From positions 2,046,001 through 2,110,000 of the forward strand of contig JAYWIR010000033.1 of assembly GCA_036172245.1 (NCBI GenBank): a DNA stretch of 64,000 nt. Direction: 5' to 3'. Below, piece after piece: positions 35,351 through 48,949 of this stretch (positions are counted from its first letter, which is position 1; every line of letters starts with the position of its first letter). A program made the position numbers and the translations under genes. The stretch comes from Raillietiella orientalis. Lineage: Eukaryota. The notes under the pieces are model-generated. The model had not been told where the DNA came from. It searched no databases and saw nothing but the letters and a program-made list of their open reading frames with translations.

Positions 35351-38300
35351 AGGAATTTTCATTTCGGAAGCCTTTACCGATACATGGGATTTCCGGTCCG
35401 GTTTCCTTCATCCCGTAAAGTTTATTTTTACGTCAAACTCTAGAAAAAAAAGTGATCCTTCCGGAAAATTAGCAAACTGCCGTTTCGGCACCTATTTTGG
35501 AGATTTTGGATGTCTGATGGTGAAGCAGGAGCCGTTTGCGCTAAGACGATTATCAGCGGCAGCAGCCCCTTTTATAATGATGGTTCCAGGTTATAACGAT
35601 GGACCTCAAAGTTTCCAAGGAATCGATGGTCAGCAATTTTTCTAATTGCATTTCGAGTGATTAAGTGATGGAGCGCAGTACTTACCAGGAAAACTCATCG
35701 GAAACTGTTTACTCGGTGCGCCCTTGCGCCCACCGAGATAACTGCTCAGAGTCGTAAAATTTCCTTTATTGCGGAGAGGAATAATCCAGAAACTTCGACC
35801 GCCTACGTGGAAATTCCAAGAAATGGACCTACGAACAAACGTGGAATTCAAACAAACCCAATTACTGACACCGTCAACATGGACTTTTGTGAGTCAACGC
35901 ATGCAATCTCGCGGTCAACATATAAAACCTCAAACGCGCTGTGGGCAGATGATTTTGAAGCCATTGGAACTCGGATCGAGCCCAGGAAATTATAGGGACT
36001 GAGGAGGCGCAGCCTGGCGTTCCCGTTCCTGCTTTTCCCCCGTTTTCCTCCGAAAAAATGGCGTGGTTCTCTGGTTGGGAAATCGCCGTCGGGCACGGAG
36101 CCTCAAAGCCCAGAACAAGCTGTTCCTGGTGAGATTTTTGGCCGAGCTCCTCAAGGAAAGGGCGGAAAATCAGGATTGCTGATCACGAACGCCCTTCTTT
36201 CAGCACGGATGTGGATGCAGTCTGCTGCTCCTGCAAAAAAACGGCGTAGCTGTGAAGAAACGAAGCGCCTCGTTCTCTGTCAACACCTGCTATTTATCAA
36301 CGTGACCGATGACATTCTTTTGTGTTAAGAGAATTCGGTGAGAAATTCTTGTGATCGCGCGTTCCACGCCATCATTTCCAAGCTGATGGTTGGAATGGTA
36401 GCTTGGGCACGTCTGAATCGGATGAGGCACGTTCTATGGAATACTAGAGGAACTTTCATCGAAAGAGTGACAGGGACGATGCTCAGTGAATGTTGCATCG
36501 CAGCTCCAAAAAGCTGCACGACGGGCAACTTTTACTTCTCCATCACCGTATCTTTCTGAAAGTGAAGATTCAAAACGGAGCTGTCGATCCGGGAGCGTTG
36601 GGTCAGTCGGACGCTGCCGCATTCTCTTTTTTGGTTTCCTGACTTTGCAAGAGATGGCGCTTGTCCGAAACGGAAACAAAACTCTGCGGCTGGAAGGAGG
36701 AAGGATCAAAGCTGGGATCCGTTTTGCATCCTCGTAAAAGCCGGTCCTCCTGGAGCATGGGAAACGCTTTCCTTGGAACTTTCGCAGCAGCTTGCAGCTA
36801 CTATGGGGGGGATCGTCTCTCTACCAAATGAAATCTCAGAGGAGCTGCTGCGACTCCGCGCATCATTCCGAGGCATCGGAGAGGAGGACTGCTACCGTTC
36901 CAAGGAACCCATTTCCCGCTGGCCATCCATTCGGCTCCCAAGGAAAGGCTGGCCATATTCCTGATTTGCTACCACGGCGAAACTTTGCTTAATACATAAT
37001 AATAACAGTCGCACAGGAGCACGATTATTAATACAATGGACGAGAGCGTTTGGAAATTCGATGGCGGGCTTGAAAAACTGCCTGCAATCCGCAGCTTCCC
37101 TAACTGTGCTCTGGAATACGGGGTTTACGATCCTCTCTTGAAGGAAGATTTCACATCGCAATGCTTTAAGGTTCATCCGTGCCACTGCAGTGCTGCCGGA
37201 ATCGCCATGTTTTTTCGGGTTTTGTTTCTTTTGGAGGGAGGAGAACTAGGATTGAAAAAGGAAAAGGAAATACTCGCAAAATGTTTATGACCACCATATG
37301 AACTTTGGAGTCAACGCATTTCTCTTCGACAACATCATACTTCCTTATGCCTTGGAACGCTGGGTAGTTAAACCGGGAGGAAACTCAGGCATGAAACTCG
37401 GGAAAACCTCCCGCACACGGATGCAATCGAAGTAACAGGGAATGATGATGAAGCGTCTGCAGCAAGCAAACATGCAGTGGAAGATGGAAAGAAAGAAGAG
37501 AAGAAAAAAAACGTCTAACGGCAGAAAATCAGACGTTGCGAAAGATACGTACCAAAACATGGTGGGAACAGCCATTTAGAGAAGCAAACGACGGCGCGCC
37601 AGCGTGCTGGACCAATTCGTCAGGGACTCGCGGTACTTGGATCATAACGTCTTTCTGTTCTCTTTTTCCCGTAACCATGGCGAAGTTTCGTTCCCAGCCT
37701 TCGTTTCCTCTGAGATGAGATCGAATTTCATTTTATTTTATTCTTTTTTTTCGATTTCGTTTCGGATGGTCCCCGGACGTTTCCATTTTCCTTCTGAAAT
37801 ACCGAAGCCCTGTGATCTGCTGCTGCATTTCGGGTGTTCTGGGATCCGGGCACGAGCGCTGGTGCTGCAGCTGCGTCTTTCTCGGGTCTCTCCGGACACA
37901 TCCAGCGTCAGCATTCAGGATTTAAAGCATCCCCCTTTTCGGATGCGTGTGGATGTTGCGTCTCCCTTCGCCTGTTGCTTTTCGCGAGGACTCCTGACCC
38001 CATTCGGCACACCCGCTATATAAATTTCCATCCGCTTGAGGGTGTCGCAGTTTGAGATCCCTCGGAAAGGCAAACTTTTTCACAGACGCATATTGCAGCC
38101 GAGTCACAGCATGCAGCACGTGATGCTCAGCATCAAAAGGATGCCACTCTGAACTGCAAATAAGACATGCAACCGCAATTCGCTTCTTACCGTTCTACCA
38201 GCATTGCATCAACGCTTCATCTTTTCTCTTTTTTTTGTACTTCCATGAGATTATTCTTGCTGTAAAAGCATTTGTGTCTTTGGTGATGCTTTCGATGGTT

Positions 38301-39399
38301 GCATCTTTGATCGCTAGGACGAGGGCGAGGATGCAAAGACCTGGATGGGAGGATGTGGATGTTAGCCGCGAGCCACGACGAGGGCGGTGTGGTACGAAAC
38401 GGAAAGAGGAAGCTCTGAGGTTAGATAGGGGCTGAAGGCACCTTTCGAGATGAAATGGGAACGGAATCTGCTCGTGCGGGATTTCGGGAAGGGTGTCGTC
38501 TTCATAGTCAAGGAAGATTTTTCTAGGAATGTATGGGGAGTTGAACCCGGCGAACTAGAAGACTTTGATTCAAGGGACGAGTTTCTCCTTGGATCCTCTC
38601 TGATGCCCGTGGAATGTTTTCATGACCTGCGCTTCCTAATTTTTCCACCCGGAGATGAATCCAACGGCGCGGCGCGGAGCCTGGGAAAGAAAACAAGTGG
38701 ATTGGCAACGGCTATTGCAAGTGAAATGATGAGAAAAACTTCAAGTGTTTACTGTTTTCCGATTCCCTGAAGACGAATCGCCTTATAAACTTCTCTAATG
38801 ACTTTGGAATTCTTGAAAATCGAAGACGGTTGTGAAGGACTTCGCCGTTGCTATAGACGTGGCATAAAAAGTGTTTTATGAGAGGATAACAGTTTGGGGG
38901 AAGGAACGCCTGTGGCAATATCTTAGTGCAATGGAAACCTTTTGGAAAACTGACCCACTGAATTTCTCTGGAAAGCCATTACACGTTCTAATATCTACTA
39001 TGCTCTTCGGTGGTTCCCCATGAAAGAATGGAACAGATCGCATTTCTTTGTGTGTGTATTTTTTTTTTTTTTGGGGGGGGGAGAGGAGGGAAGGAGGGAG
39101 GTCATCATTCAGTCGCCACTGGAAGATTTAAAATCCTCCTTTCTTAGCTTCCGTTTTTGACTTTTGAATCTACAGAAATTCCTCCTCCGATTCGAAACCC
39201 TCCAAAATCATTTCGTACAGTTGTTGAATGCGTCTACCAAGGCTTCTTCTGCGTGGAAAAAGCTCGTCGGGAGCAAAACCTTGGAGCCAAAAGCAATCAG
39301 TCCGTCGAGTCGTCAGCAAGACTTTGAAAACGAAAAGGAAGAAAGAAAAAGGAAAACAAAACAAGATGGCGACGAGCGCTCAAGCCGGAGCAGTTCGCA

Positions 39400-39830
39400 T
39401 CCGGGTGTCCACAACTCGAGATACTTCGCGGAAATTCAGAAAGCCTGGTGGAAGATGCAGCATCGTACCGCTGAGTGGAGCAAGCTGGACCCATCACTGT
39501 TTCATCCCCCCGGAAGATCGAAACGGATGGTTCACAGTTTCCTGTTTTTTTCTTTCGGTTCGGGGATCGCATCCCACCATCCTCCTTATTGGAATGCGGC
39601 GAGGCACATTCACGCCGAGACGAGCAGGGACGCACCAGGAACACTGAAATGGTTCCTTGCGCGCTCCTGGTTTCTGGACTTGGTGGCGGGCCGAGAGCGC
39701 GTCATAATCGGAGGGGGCAGCGATGGCCCACGCGGCAAACTGCTGCAAGAAGAGCAGCTTCCACTTGAACCAAAGAGCGCCCTGCATGGTCTTCAAGGTC
39801 ACAGTGAGGAGAGAAAATGTTGAAGCTGAG
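39400..39830 (+). mobile_element. LINE ORF2 C-terminal remnant, family A-like
   Basis: CCTCCTTATTGGAATGCGG (~39580) resembles ACCTTGTTATGGACTGCGG (~46370); KAWWK upstream. Confidence 0.35.
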
Positions 39831-40249
39831 TGTGTGGTGCAACGAAGACTCCACGTCCTTTTGCAGAGTGTCCTTTTGTGTGAAGGAAGGAAGTCCCTGG
39901 GCCCACGTTTCCAATCGATTATTTGTGCCCTCGGATGTCCCCCTTCCTAAATCTACGACCCTCTTGGAGACACACGTAGATGCCATAAGTGCAGGCTCTT
40001 TTCCGCAATGAGATTTCCTTCGATGCCGGAGGCAGAATAACATGAAAATTAGACTTCGGCTTATGGATTTGTTGTAATCTCAATATGAGTTGTCTGCAAG
40101 CTCATTAGACAGGATTTATTAAGGATGAACATTTTGAAGCACCTTTTTCCCTTTCAAGCATTTTTCCTCGTGTAGCTTGACACCTGGGAAGATCAACCCC
40201 CCCCCCCCGGCAACCCTTAATTATCACAGGTCATACTGCATGGTCTCAC

Positions 40250-41600
40250 ATCCGGTTTTCTTTATGTGACAGTTATTGAGCAAGGTGGCGTGGAGTCCCT
40301 TTTCAACGCTTCACATACCTGAAATGCATGAGCTGCTCGAGCCCGATTTTTCAGGCATTTTCGGCTCGTATGAGCAATAGAAAATGAGCGGTTGAGAACG
40401 GGCGCACCTCTCTACGTTCCTCCGCAATCCCAGACTTGAAGAAGGGACAGTTTCAAGTCGCTCATCCTATAGTAAGAACCGAAATGGAGGCTTTCTAGAG
40501 CATTCCGATCGCTTGCGGAGAAACAGAGACCTTCTCTTCGTCCCGGCTGCTCCTGGAGAGCTTCCCCTCTTCCCTGAGCCACCGCATGCTGAGCACCTCG
40601 TCCGTTTTCAGGTTAGTAAGAGTCTCACGAAAGTCTGCACCCTACGATCGGGTTTGAAAGCACCAATAGGTGAAGGTCCTTAGAAAGGACAGTTATGTGA
40701 AACCGCAAACCCCGCTTAGATCAGTTTTAGATATAGTTTTAACGATTGTTTGATGATCTTTCAAAGCTTCGACCGGGGAGCTGAAGAGAGAATCATTCCC
40801 ATTGGCAAACAGCCTTAGATCAGAGTTCTTTGCAAGCAAAGAGATTACTTTCAGTTACTCTTCCTCGCTTCCACTGAAATAGAGTCATTCTAGGTGTTTA
40901 CAGGCCGAAGGGAGCTGACCAACCATAAGGTGTCGGAGAGGACGTATCTTTCCGGATTCAAGACTTCTGGCTTCTGCTTCGCTCTTCCCAAACATCCCCA
41001 ATGTACTCAATCTCGGTGCGCAGTGGTGAAGGCTGACCTCGAGCTTTCGCGGAGGATGGACTTTGTGTTGTTGCGTGGTGCACGAGAATATGCCCATCGG
41101 GAAGTTTGGAATTTTAGTAAGTAAATCACAGCTGAGAGATGAAGAATGAAAATCGAGGCTTTCCGGGAATCTGTCCCTTTCAATCACATTGCTGCCTTTT
41201 TAACGAATGCGGCCGTTCCTCGAATGGAGCAGGAATCGAATTTCTTTGAAGCCAAAACTCATGAGTGGGGTCGCAAGTTTCCTCTTTAATATGGTCATCA
41301 CAAGGAATTTTCGATCTCTTTGGGAATAGGGGAAGTCGTGATCAGTGAGACTCCTATTTGATTGGAACGAATCGGAACTCGGGGGATGCTGCCTTCGTCG
41401 GAGAGACCTCGCAGAGCTCGATCGTACGGGTTCGGTGCGCACGTTCTGCTTTCCCCATGAATTTGCGTTGACACTTGTCATCAATCATGTACCAATCAGT
41501 ACATTACTGCGACAGATCATGTTGGGACGGAAAATCCGAAAATCTGCATTATGGATCCCAGCCCTCAAACCCCCAATATTTGAACTTCCTCACGCATCAT
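40250..41600 (-). mobile_element. Decayed LINE APE-RT remnant
   Basis: SLTDHD (SDH-like, ~41340), SSPGRS (KSPGPDG-like, ~40775), GT*RGAP...EP (QGxPLS-like, ~40400) in order. Confidence 0.45.
40910..40980 (+). repeat. Dispersed ~65-bp direct repeat (partner 42213-42280)
   Basis: ACCAACCATAAGG(T/C)GTC(G/A)GAGA(G/A)GACGTATCTTTC shared. Confidence 0.85.
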
Positions 41601-42299
41601 TTGCTCTCCCGACGTAAACTCGTATTTCAGTTGGGGGGGGGGGGAGGGTTCATCCTGCCATCTCTCGGCTAACTGATGCAACTCCCCTTCCCGAAACATC
41701 AATAGATGGTCACTCGATGCACATCTTGATCAAGCACAGTTGCTATGAACTCTGCTTGCCGCTACCCGTACAGATTCCTCTGAAATCTGTAGCACTAATC
41801 TTCCTGAATAATAATCTGCCTATATCATTCTTCAGTGCCGTTAAAAAATTCTGGATCCGGAACTATGAGGAACCAGATGAAGCCTTTCACTTGATTCGAC
41901 AGAAGTCACTTGACAACCAAGAGGATCCTCTGCAGCTTGTTTGAAAACCTGGAAACAAAAAACAAAAAAAAACATGAAAGAAAGAAAAGTTTCTTTTCCC
42001 TTTCTTTTTTGGGAACGGGAAGTTCCACTCGGCACTTCAAACGAACTGACTCGATGTAAAACGCCCTTCGAAACCGAAGGTCTGTGATGTGCTTTATGAC
42101 AAACGATCACCACGATACCTTCACGTCCTAAGAACACGGTCTCCGATCCTCGTCTGGGAATGACACATTCACGTGATGCAGTTTTCATTTGAAAAGCAGG
42201 ACGCTCACACGTGGGAGCGTGCTAACCAACCATAAGGCGTCAGAGAAGACGTATCTTTCTGAATTCTGGAGTCTGCTTAGGCTTTTCCCCGGTGGGTCG

Positions 42300-42950
42300 G
42301 GCCAACGCCTTTCTGATGGTTTAAAAGGTGGCTGTCCGAGAATGCTTGCTCTTTGCAGTTGACCACCCTCCCCGAGTCAAAATTCAGATACCTTTCTCAA
42401 AGTTCCCATTCTCCTTTTGGCTCTCCTGACTTAGGCCTCTCTCTCGACATGGTTTCATGTACGGCTGCTGGGTAAAGAGAAGAATGCCCAGCGGCATGCT
42501 GGAAACAAGGAGTACTGTTCCTTTGACCTTCTGGGAGGCTTCTGACCATTTTCGGGGGAAGAAGATTACTGTCGTGAGTTACGCACGAGCCATCCAGGAA
42601 TTTGATCCCAAACAAGCACTGCAGATCAACTGCCTCACTGCTTGCGTTGCAGCAGACCCTGAAGAACTGCTGACAAATCGTCCCCATCCACTTGTAGGAG
42701 CACTTTGGTGAAACGCCGCGAAAGGTCCACAACGATCAAATAAGAGGGATGAGCAAAAGTTGGTGAAGAATGAAAAAGATCAACGAGACCAAAGGCCGTA
42801 TGGGAGAGTGGCAAGCTTCTGATGCTGCTGATGTTAAAACTGTCGCATCGGTGATACCTGGTCATCGCAAAACCTTGTAGGAGAAATTTCAGCTGCCACT
42901 TAAGAGTATCAGTAAGAAAAGAGAAACGAGATCAAACTCTCACTTGTCCC
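42300..42950 (-). mobile_element. LINE RT core remnant
   Basis: SHTAFGLVD (KAFDxV-like), FRGVSPKCS (RGVRQGCP-like), VTHDSNLL (YADD position). Confidence 0.5.
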
Positions 42951-42990
42951 AGGATGAACGATTCTCAGGAAACTTCTCGAAAAATTCGCC

Positions 42991-42997
<7 letters not shown>

Positions 42998-43023
<26 letters not shown>
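42998..43023 (+). repeat. Poly(A) tract
   Basis: Uninterrupted A run of about 26 nt. Confidence 0.9.
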
Positions 43024-45999
43024 CTCTTCAAAGGCTTCACCATGTTTAACACATAAATTTCCATCTCAATCTTCAGCATCCACGCGCAAACAGCAGAGTT
43101 TTCCTTGTGAATCGATGATGCAAAATGCGGGCATGAGCGGCAGTGTGGAAGAAAACTGAAGTTTCCTTGCAACTCCGTTAAAGGAAACCACTGGTCCAGC
43201 AGCAGTCCTTAACATTTCGACGAAGAAAGAACCACATCTTTACTGAGTGTCGGCACCTCTGAAACACGAAGTCTTTTCTAATCTTTTGTACGGGGGGGGG
43301 GGAGGGCATGCAGTGGAACTCTTCGCTCAGCTATGGCTTGCTGTCCATTCCCGGGTCTGACCTCCGAATGATCTGTGTATTGGGATGAACTGTGGTGCTC
43401 CAATTCAGAAACAGCTGAGCGAAGGGTAATTGATGAGGGTAGTTACGTCGATGAAAATGTCCCGTGATGAGACTTTGATGAAGAATCTGGCAGACGCCGA
43501 GCAGTCGCTTGCGGAGGATACGGAGAGCTTTGCTGCCGATTTGCCTGACGTCAGTGAAAAACAGTGGACAAGGAAGGAAAAAAAAAAAATCAAATGCAGC
43601 ATTCGGTGCAGAATAAGCAAGACGATTCGAGTCGATACTCAAAGATGGATGGCGGGCAAAAGGAGGCGAAGGAGTGGAAAGTTCCACCGACAACTCTCCC
43701 TCGCATGTCGAAGGCATAACGGTGCTGATCCAGAAAATTCCTGGAAGAGTACGTGAGAACCAAAGCACATACGTATAAAGCACTTTATCTGTAGGCAAGA
43801 GTGAAATGCTATTCATTCAACACGATTTACTAACTGTGTCAGGAAGCCTTGCTGGAAAGGTCAAAGAAGGTAATCATTCGATTGAAATAAGCACTCTCCT
43901 CTCACTTCATGAGTTGTGGTTGCGATAAATATGGAAAGGAGCTCTTTCTTGGATGAAGTAATGGAAAAGTCATGCCCCATCTATAAGCTGCCAATGTCAG
44001 AAGTAAACGTCCAATCAAACGCCGACTGCTGAAGGGCAGGCCAGACATCAAGTGGAAGAGATTGTGGAGGTATCAGGTTCGGTGCTTCTTCAGTACCGTG
44101 GAAAGCAGTAAGGATAAGTGATAAAAACGTGCACAGAATCTCATGATCAATTCCATACGAATTTTGTATGCCTGCTATTGAACGGTCAATCGGCCCTGTA
44201 GCCCTTCCGGAAAGCATCCATTCAGATGAATCAGCGGACTCATTGGGATTTCATCGCAATCACATTGAACCGTATTCTGTGAGGAATCTGACAGTACCGC
44301 ACTTCAGCTGGTTGATGCCTCACGCCTCCAACTGCTTCTTCGTAAACCTCGATGGTCACTGTCCTGAAGACAAGCGAAAGGGTTACGAAAAGGTCCAAGG
44401 GTGTTACCTAACTTCCGTCATCAAGAAAGGGTTGACACGACCGAGCGGAAATCTTCAGGCTGGACAAAGATCCTCATGTGCCACTCCTAACACTCTTCGA
44501 AGGCAAGCAGAATGTTGTTCTTCAGCTCTGGAAGCCACTCGAGATCTTCCTGTGGTATTCCCAGCAGCTCACCCCAGCTCAATGGTCCTTTCGGTGGGTC
44601 ACTTGGGGTCGCAACCCGTGGTCCAACCACCTAGTTTTCTCCTCTTCTGACTGATTCCGCAACTGACCTCCCATTTGGCCAGCTGCTTACTGCCCAGGTG
44701 CTGCCCGAGGGAGAGTAGTGCCGCGGCTGGGGAGCTTCATTGCACCCACACACATGTGGTGTGCTACACGCTGACATCCTGCAGCGAGCGGTTGCTATAG
44801 AAGGAGTGCAGCAGTCACTGCCGCATCCGCAGGCTGCGTTTTGTTTAGAGAGTGTTTACCGAGGTGTACCTCCGAAAACAGGGATTCCATGCAGATTGGA
44901 CACCCCACCAGTAGGTTGGAAAGATCCCATTCGGAACAGCTACTCCAACTATTCCCTGCGATAGAAAAGAAAAACTGCTCGAATGCAGCCTCGTAGTTTG
45001 CTCCTGGAAGTGCTTCGCTCATCCGCACAGTTTTATAGATTTCGAATAACACGGACAGAAAGAAAGAAAGAAAAAAAAAAAAAGGAATCATGGTGTCCCG
45101 GAAAGAAAAGCATTCAACCGCACTTCGCGATTTCTGGAAACTGGATCTCTCACGGCATGTGTCAATGTTATGTGTGTTGCAGCTTTTTCAGGAATCGTTA
45201 GTTTCCTCATTTTCTGGCATTATAATATTCTCGAGAGCTTGCCAAAAAAAAACAAAAAAAATCATCATTGAACGGGAGCGCGTCAGCGTCATTTTCATCC
45301 GTAGGTAAAGTTGGATAGTCTCTGTCTGCAGCTGTCAGCTATGTTGGGAAGGTAACTCATCACCGATGATGATCATCTGCGACAGATATAGTTCTCTGGA
45401 AATAGAATCTGTTTGTCATGTCGCAAGTGCCATAAGACCCGGAATCATCTGAATGACTTTTTGTTATGGGGGGTTCTGTGTAGAAATCGTCGGTCTCCAA
45501 AACTGCACTTTTGCTGTGCTCGTTTTCTCGTTTCGCTGAACTGAGCACGGCCAAGACGTCTCTCCGGTGCTTCAGAATTATCATTATCAGGCAGTGGCTG
45601 CCTGAGAGGGAAGCAGACAGCAGCAGCTGAGCTTAGCACCGGAGATGAAGGCGCGAGATTTTCATCAAGGCACCACAGTGATGAAGCCAATAAGAAGAAC
45701 ATACTTCGCATATGCCCGCGAAGTTCCAGCAGCAAAAGAATGGGAACTTTTTTTTGACGTCGCAGTCGCGGACGAAGGGGTCGATGCTGCATGCGGCGAT
45801 GTTTCCTTGCAGCCACAAATGGTCCTCTCTGTTGTTGGTGGTAACTTCTTTCGGAGACTTTCGACAACTCGTAGAGAGAACTCCAAGCCTCTAAAACAGT
45901 TGTTGCTGCTGCATGCAATTGAAGACGTTGGTTTACATCAATCCATGCAGTTGATTGGTAGGAAGGTGCAGATGGAGTGAGCTTTCCAATGTAACGAAA

Positions 46000-46856
46000 A
46001 GATGGAGATTCTGATATTATTATCCTCTCCGAGGTCAGACTCGGGTGGAGTGCGAAGACCGCAACTCACATCCACGACTACGTCTTTCGCGATTTTTCAA
46101 CCGAAACCTGAAGCTTGGGAGACGAGCGAGTTGGAGGATGCTGCCACTCCTCGGGCTACGGCAGAGGGACTCCTTCGGCGGGGAGAAGCTCTGGTGTTGC
46201 CACCCGAGGAGCTGATAGTCTCTTCCTGATGTTTGGACGGTTGGGTGCTTCCCCTTGCCTGGAAGCAAGACGTTTTGCTCTTCTTGCACTGGGGTCTGCG
46301 CTACCGAGTTTCCGGTGGGGTGGCTTCTCCCTACTGTGCCCGGTGCGGGCCGACGCAGTCGTTCCCGTACCTTGTTATGGACTGCGGTGCCCTCCACGAA
46401 GTCCGGCGGAGGTTGGCAGCAGCACTCCTTCCACCGGGGGGCACCGCTCGTGAAGTGCTGAGACGGTTCTTCCAGCCACGAGGACTTTCGACGGCAGCGA
46501 TGATCTCGACCGTTGGTTGCACACGTTGTGTGATTCAAGGGATGAATTTCTCCCGGAAACTGAGTCCGCGAACACGTAACCACACAAGACCAACAAACCA
46601 TTCCCCAAGATCCCATCGGAAACAGAGTCCGTATCCTCAAGAAGTGGTTTTGATGCTCCTTGCTCTTGAACTGCGGGAAGGCAGCAGGGCCCTTGGCTAC
46701 AGTTCGCCGTCGCGTTTTCCCAGCTTCGTTCGCTGCCCGAGCAACCCCCGTGCTCAAGAGAGCCATTTGCTCACGAATAGCAAAAAGCCAGAAAGCAACA
46801 CCCGGGTGGGGAATTGCACGCTCAGCACGTCTCATCCCTTAACGTCTTCGCTCTGA
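46000..46856 (+). mobile_element. 3' part of LINE family A ORF2 (zf-RVT-like), best preserved copy
   Basis: ORF 46233..46856: LPLAWKQDVLLFLHWG...PYCARCGPTQSFPYLVMDC (CCHC-type finger, His lost). Confidence 0.8.
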
Positions 46857-46859
46857 AAA

Positions 46860-48450
46860 ATCGTTTCGGGTCGCCTCAATCAGTGATGCACATTTCACAT
46901 CAACATTTGTTTCGAAATTTCAAAGCAGTGCATCAGAAATCCCGCAAATCTCTGCGTGAGGCGTGCTGCACTCCCTTCCCACAACTTCGGTTTCTTCAAA
47001 CGGTTCCCTTTTCGTACGTCCGGATGTTACCTGGTACTCACATGCTGCACGTGAATCCCTTCCAGATCCTGGAAGCGGGTTGCCTCCATCGACTCGGTGC
47101 GGACTGCCCACATCCCGTTCTGCTCCATTTGAACGAGAGGAAATGGGAATACGTCACAAAAAATCACATCACGTTCGTCAACTTCGTCGGGAAGGGGCTC
47201 CGAGCAGGCGAATGATGACTGCAGTTTCGAATTCCGTACGATTCCAGATGTGTATATTCGATGGTCGCTTGTAGATCGTTCAGTTTAGCAGTACTGATTC
47301 CCTATTTCAGTCCTGTCTCGACACTCTCATCAGTGGGAAATTCGGGATCCCACACGGCGTTGGCAACTTCCACGTCGATTCAGTACGGTGACCTGCGGCC
47401 ATTCAAATACTCTTCACTCTTTCAAGGGCTTCCTATAAGTGTCATCATGGGATCAGCACGCCAACCACGAGATTTTTTCCACACTGCAACGAACTTCATA
47501 CTGAGCTTCCCTCAGTTCACCGAGCACCAAAGGCGTATTTTAGACTTCCTTCGAAAGCCTTCCTCTCCCCATTGCTTGGAAACCGCTGGATGAGATGACA
47601 TCTCGCAGAACAACGTGAATGAATGGCTACCGGGATGAACGATTCCTCGGGAACATTCCTTTCTTCCTGACTTGATTTTAAAGTTCGTAATTTTCTTCCC
47701 TCTGGAAACTCCTGCGTCAAGTGATTCGGAAAGATTCTTCCAATTGCTGCTGAAATGTATTTAATCCCGACAACAGTTTCTCTATTCCATTTCCAATAGG
47801 TCCATCTGTGTATACATCTTATTACTAACCATCTGGTTTCACACGGCCTGAGGTGACCACGACGCTTGAAGCTCGTAGGGCGCAAGCACACCTATTTTCG
47901 GCCCATTTTGTGTTGCCAACACGGTGCTCACATCTCCATGATGAAATAACGGCTGCATTCGTAGGCTTTATGTAAATAGCAAGTTAGCAAAGAACCAGCG
48001 ACATTGCTCACGGATGAAATCATTTGCAGAAGATTTCCTTCCAGCCTTTTTGAATGAGCTGAAGATGGGAAATGTCCACCGGAGATTGAGTGAGCGACAC
48101 TGAAAATGCATTGGTGGATGCTTTCGCCCAGCGTGGGTGGGAGAGCTGCTCTTTGTGATGTGAACCGAATGATGGCTGACGGTCATGGGGAATGGTTCGG
48201 GATGGGTGAGAGTCAGTAGTGGAAGGGTTTTATATTCCTAGTTTCGAAATTATAATCTATGAAACGGATGGGGAAAGGAGGAAAGGGAAGGAGATGAAGA
48301 TGCAAGGGAATGGGAAGAAAACGGAAAGAGGCTGCTTGGATGAGAAACTACTTTATTCTGGAGTGGGTGGAAATCTAGGGAGAATCGGGGAGGAAATAAC
48401 GAAGCATATGCAAATTAAGTTGATTTCCAATCTATCTCCAGCATCATTTT
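46860..48450 (-). mobile_element. Penelope-like element RT remnant, no endonuclease evident
   Basis: PLE-type motifs in order: YIKPTNAAVISS (IHKPxxRPVIS-like, ~47960), KMYTQM (SMYTNI-like, ~47810), QAMG (~47572), HDDT (~47445), IYKRPSN...SHH (thumb, ~47270); hammerhead-like core at 46883-46863. Confidence 0.65.
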
Positions 48451-48949
48451 GCGCAGTTGCACAGATCCGGCAATAGGTCACTGCTGGTTAACACACCAAG
48501 ACATCAGATCCAATTCCTGAGCTGCTTTTAGCTGGCTCCTTAGAGACGATTTGCAATTGATTGGTGTCAGTCTACCAATGTGATGCAACATGGATTACTG
48601 ATTATGCATAACAGTCGTTGTCTTCTGGTATATTTTATTCTTCATACAATGTTCCTTCTTTTTTTTTTTTTCACCCTTTACATTCCTATATTTCTCGTTT
48701 CAGGTTTTCCAGCTTCTAGTTTGCGCATTCCAGTCGCGCATAGGCATCAACTGATCTATCAAGAAAAACGAACGCACCAGTGTTTTCATGAAAGTACCAG
48801 GCAATGTACTCCTCCTAATTTCGGAGAATCTATTTCTCCGGTAAGAGAATGTGAGGCAGCGTTCCGAAACAAGACTGAACATTTCACAAGGAAGCATTTC
48901 AACGGCAATGAATCGAAAATTAAAGAAGATGAGTGCCATTGAGTTACCA

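Noticed and set aside
47315..47337. CTGATGA-GA-GTG-TC-GAGAC hammerhead-like string on minus
   Set aside because: GAGAC instead of GAAAC, no stems I/III, and it lies inside PLE RT coding sequence.
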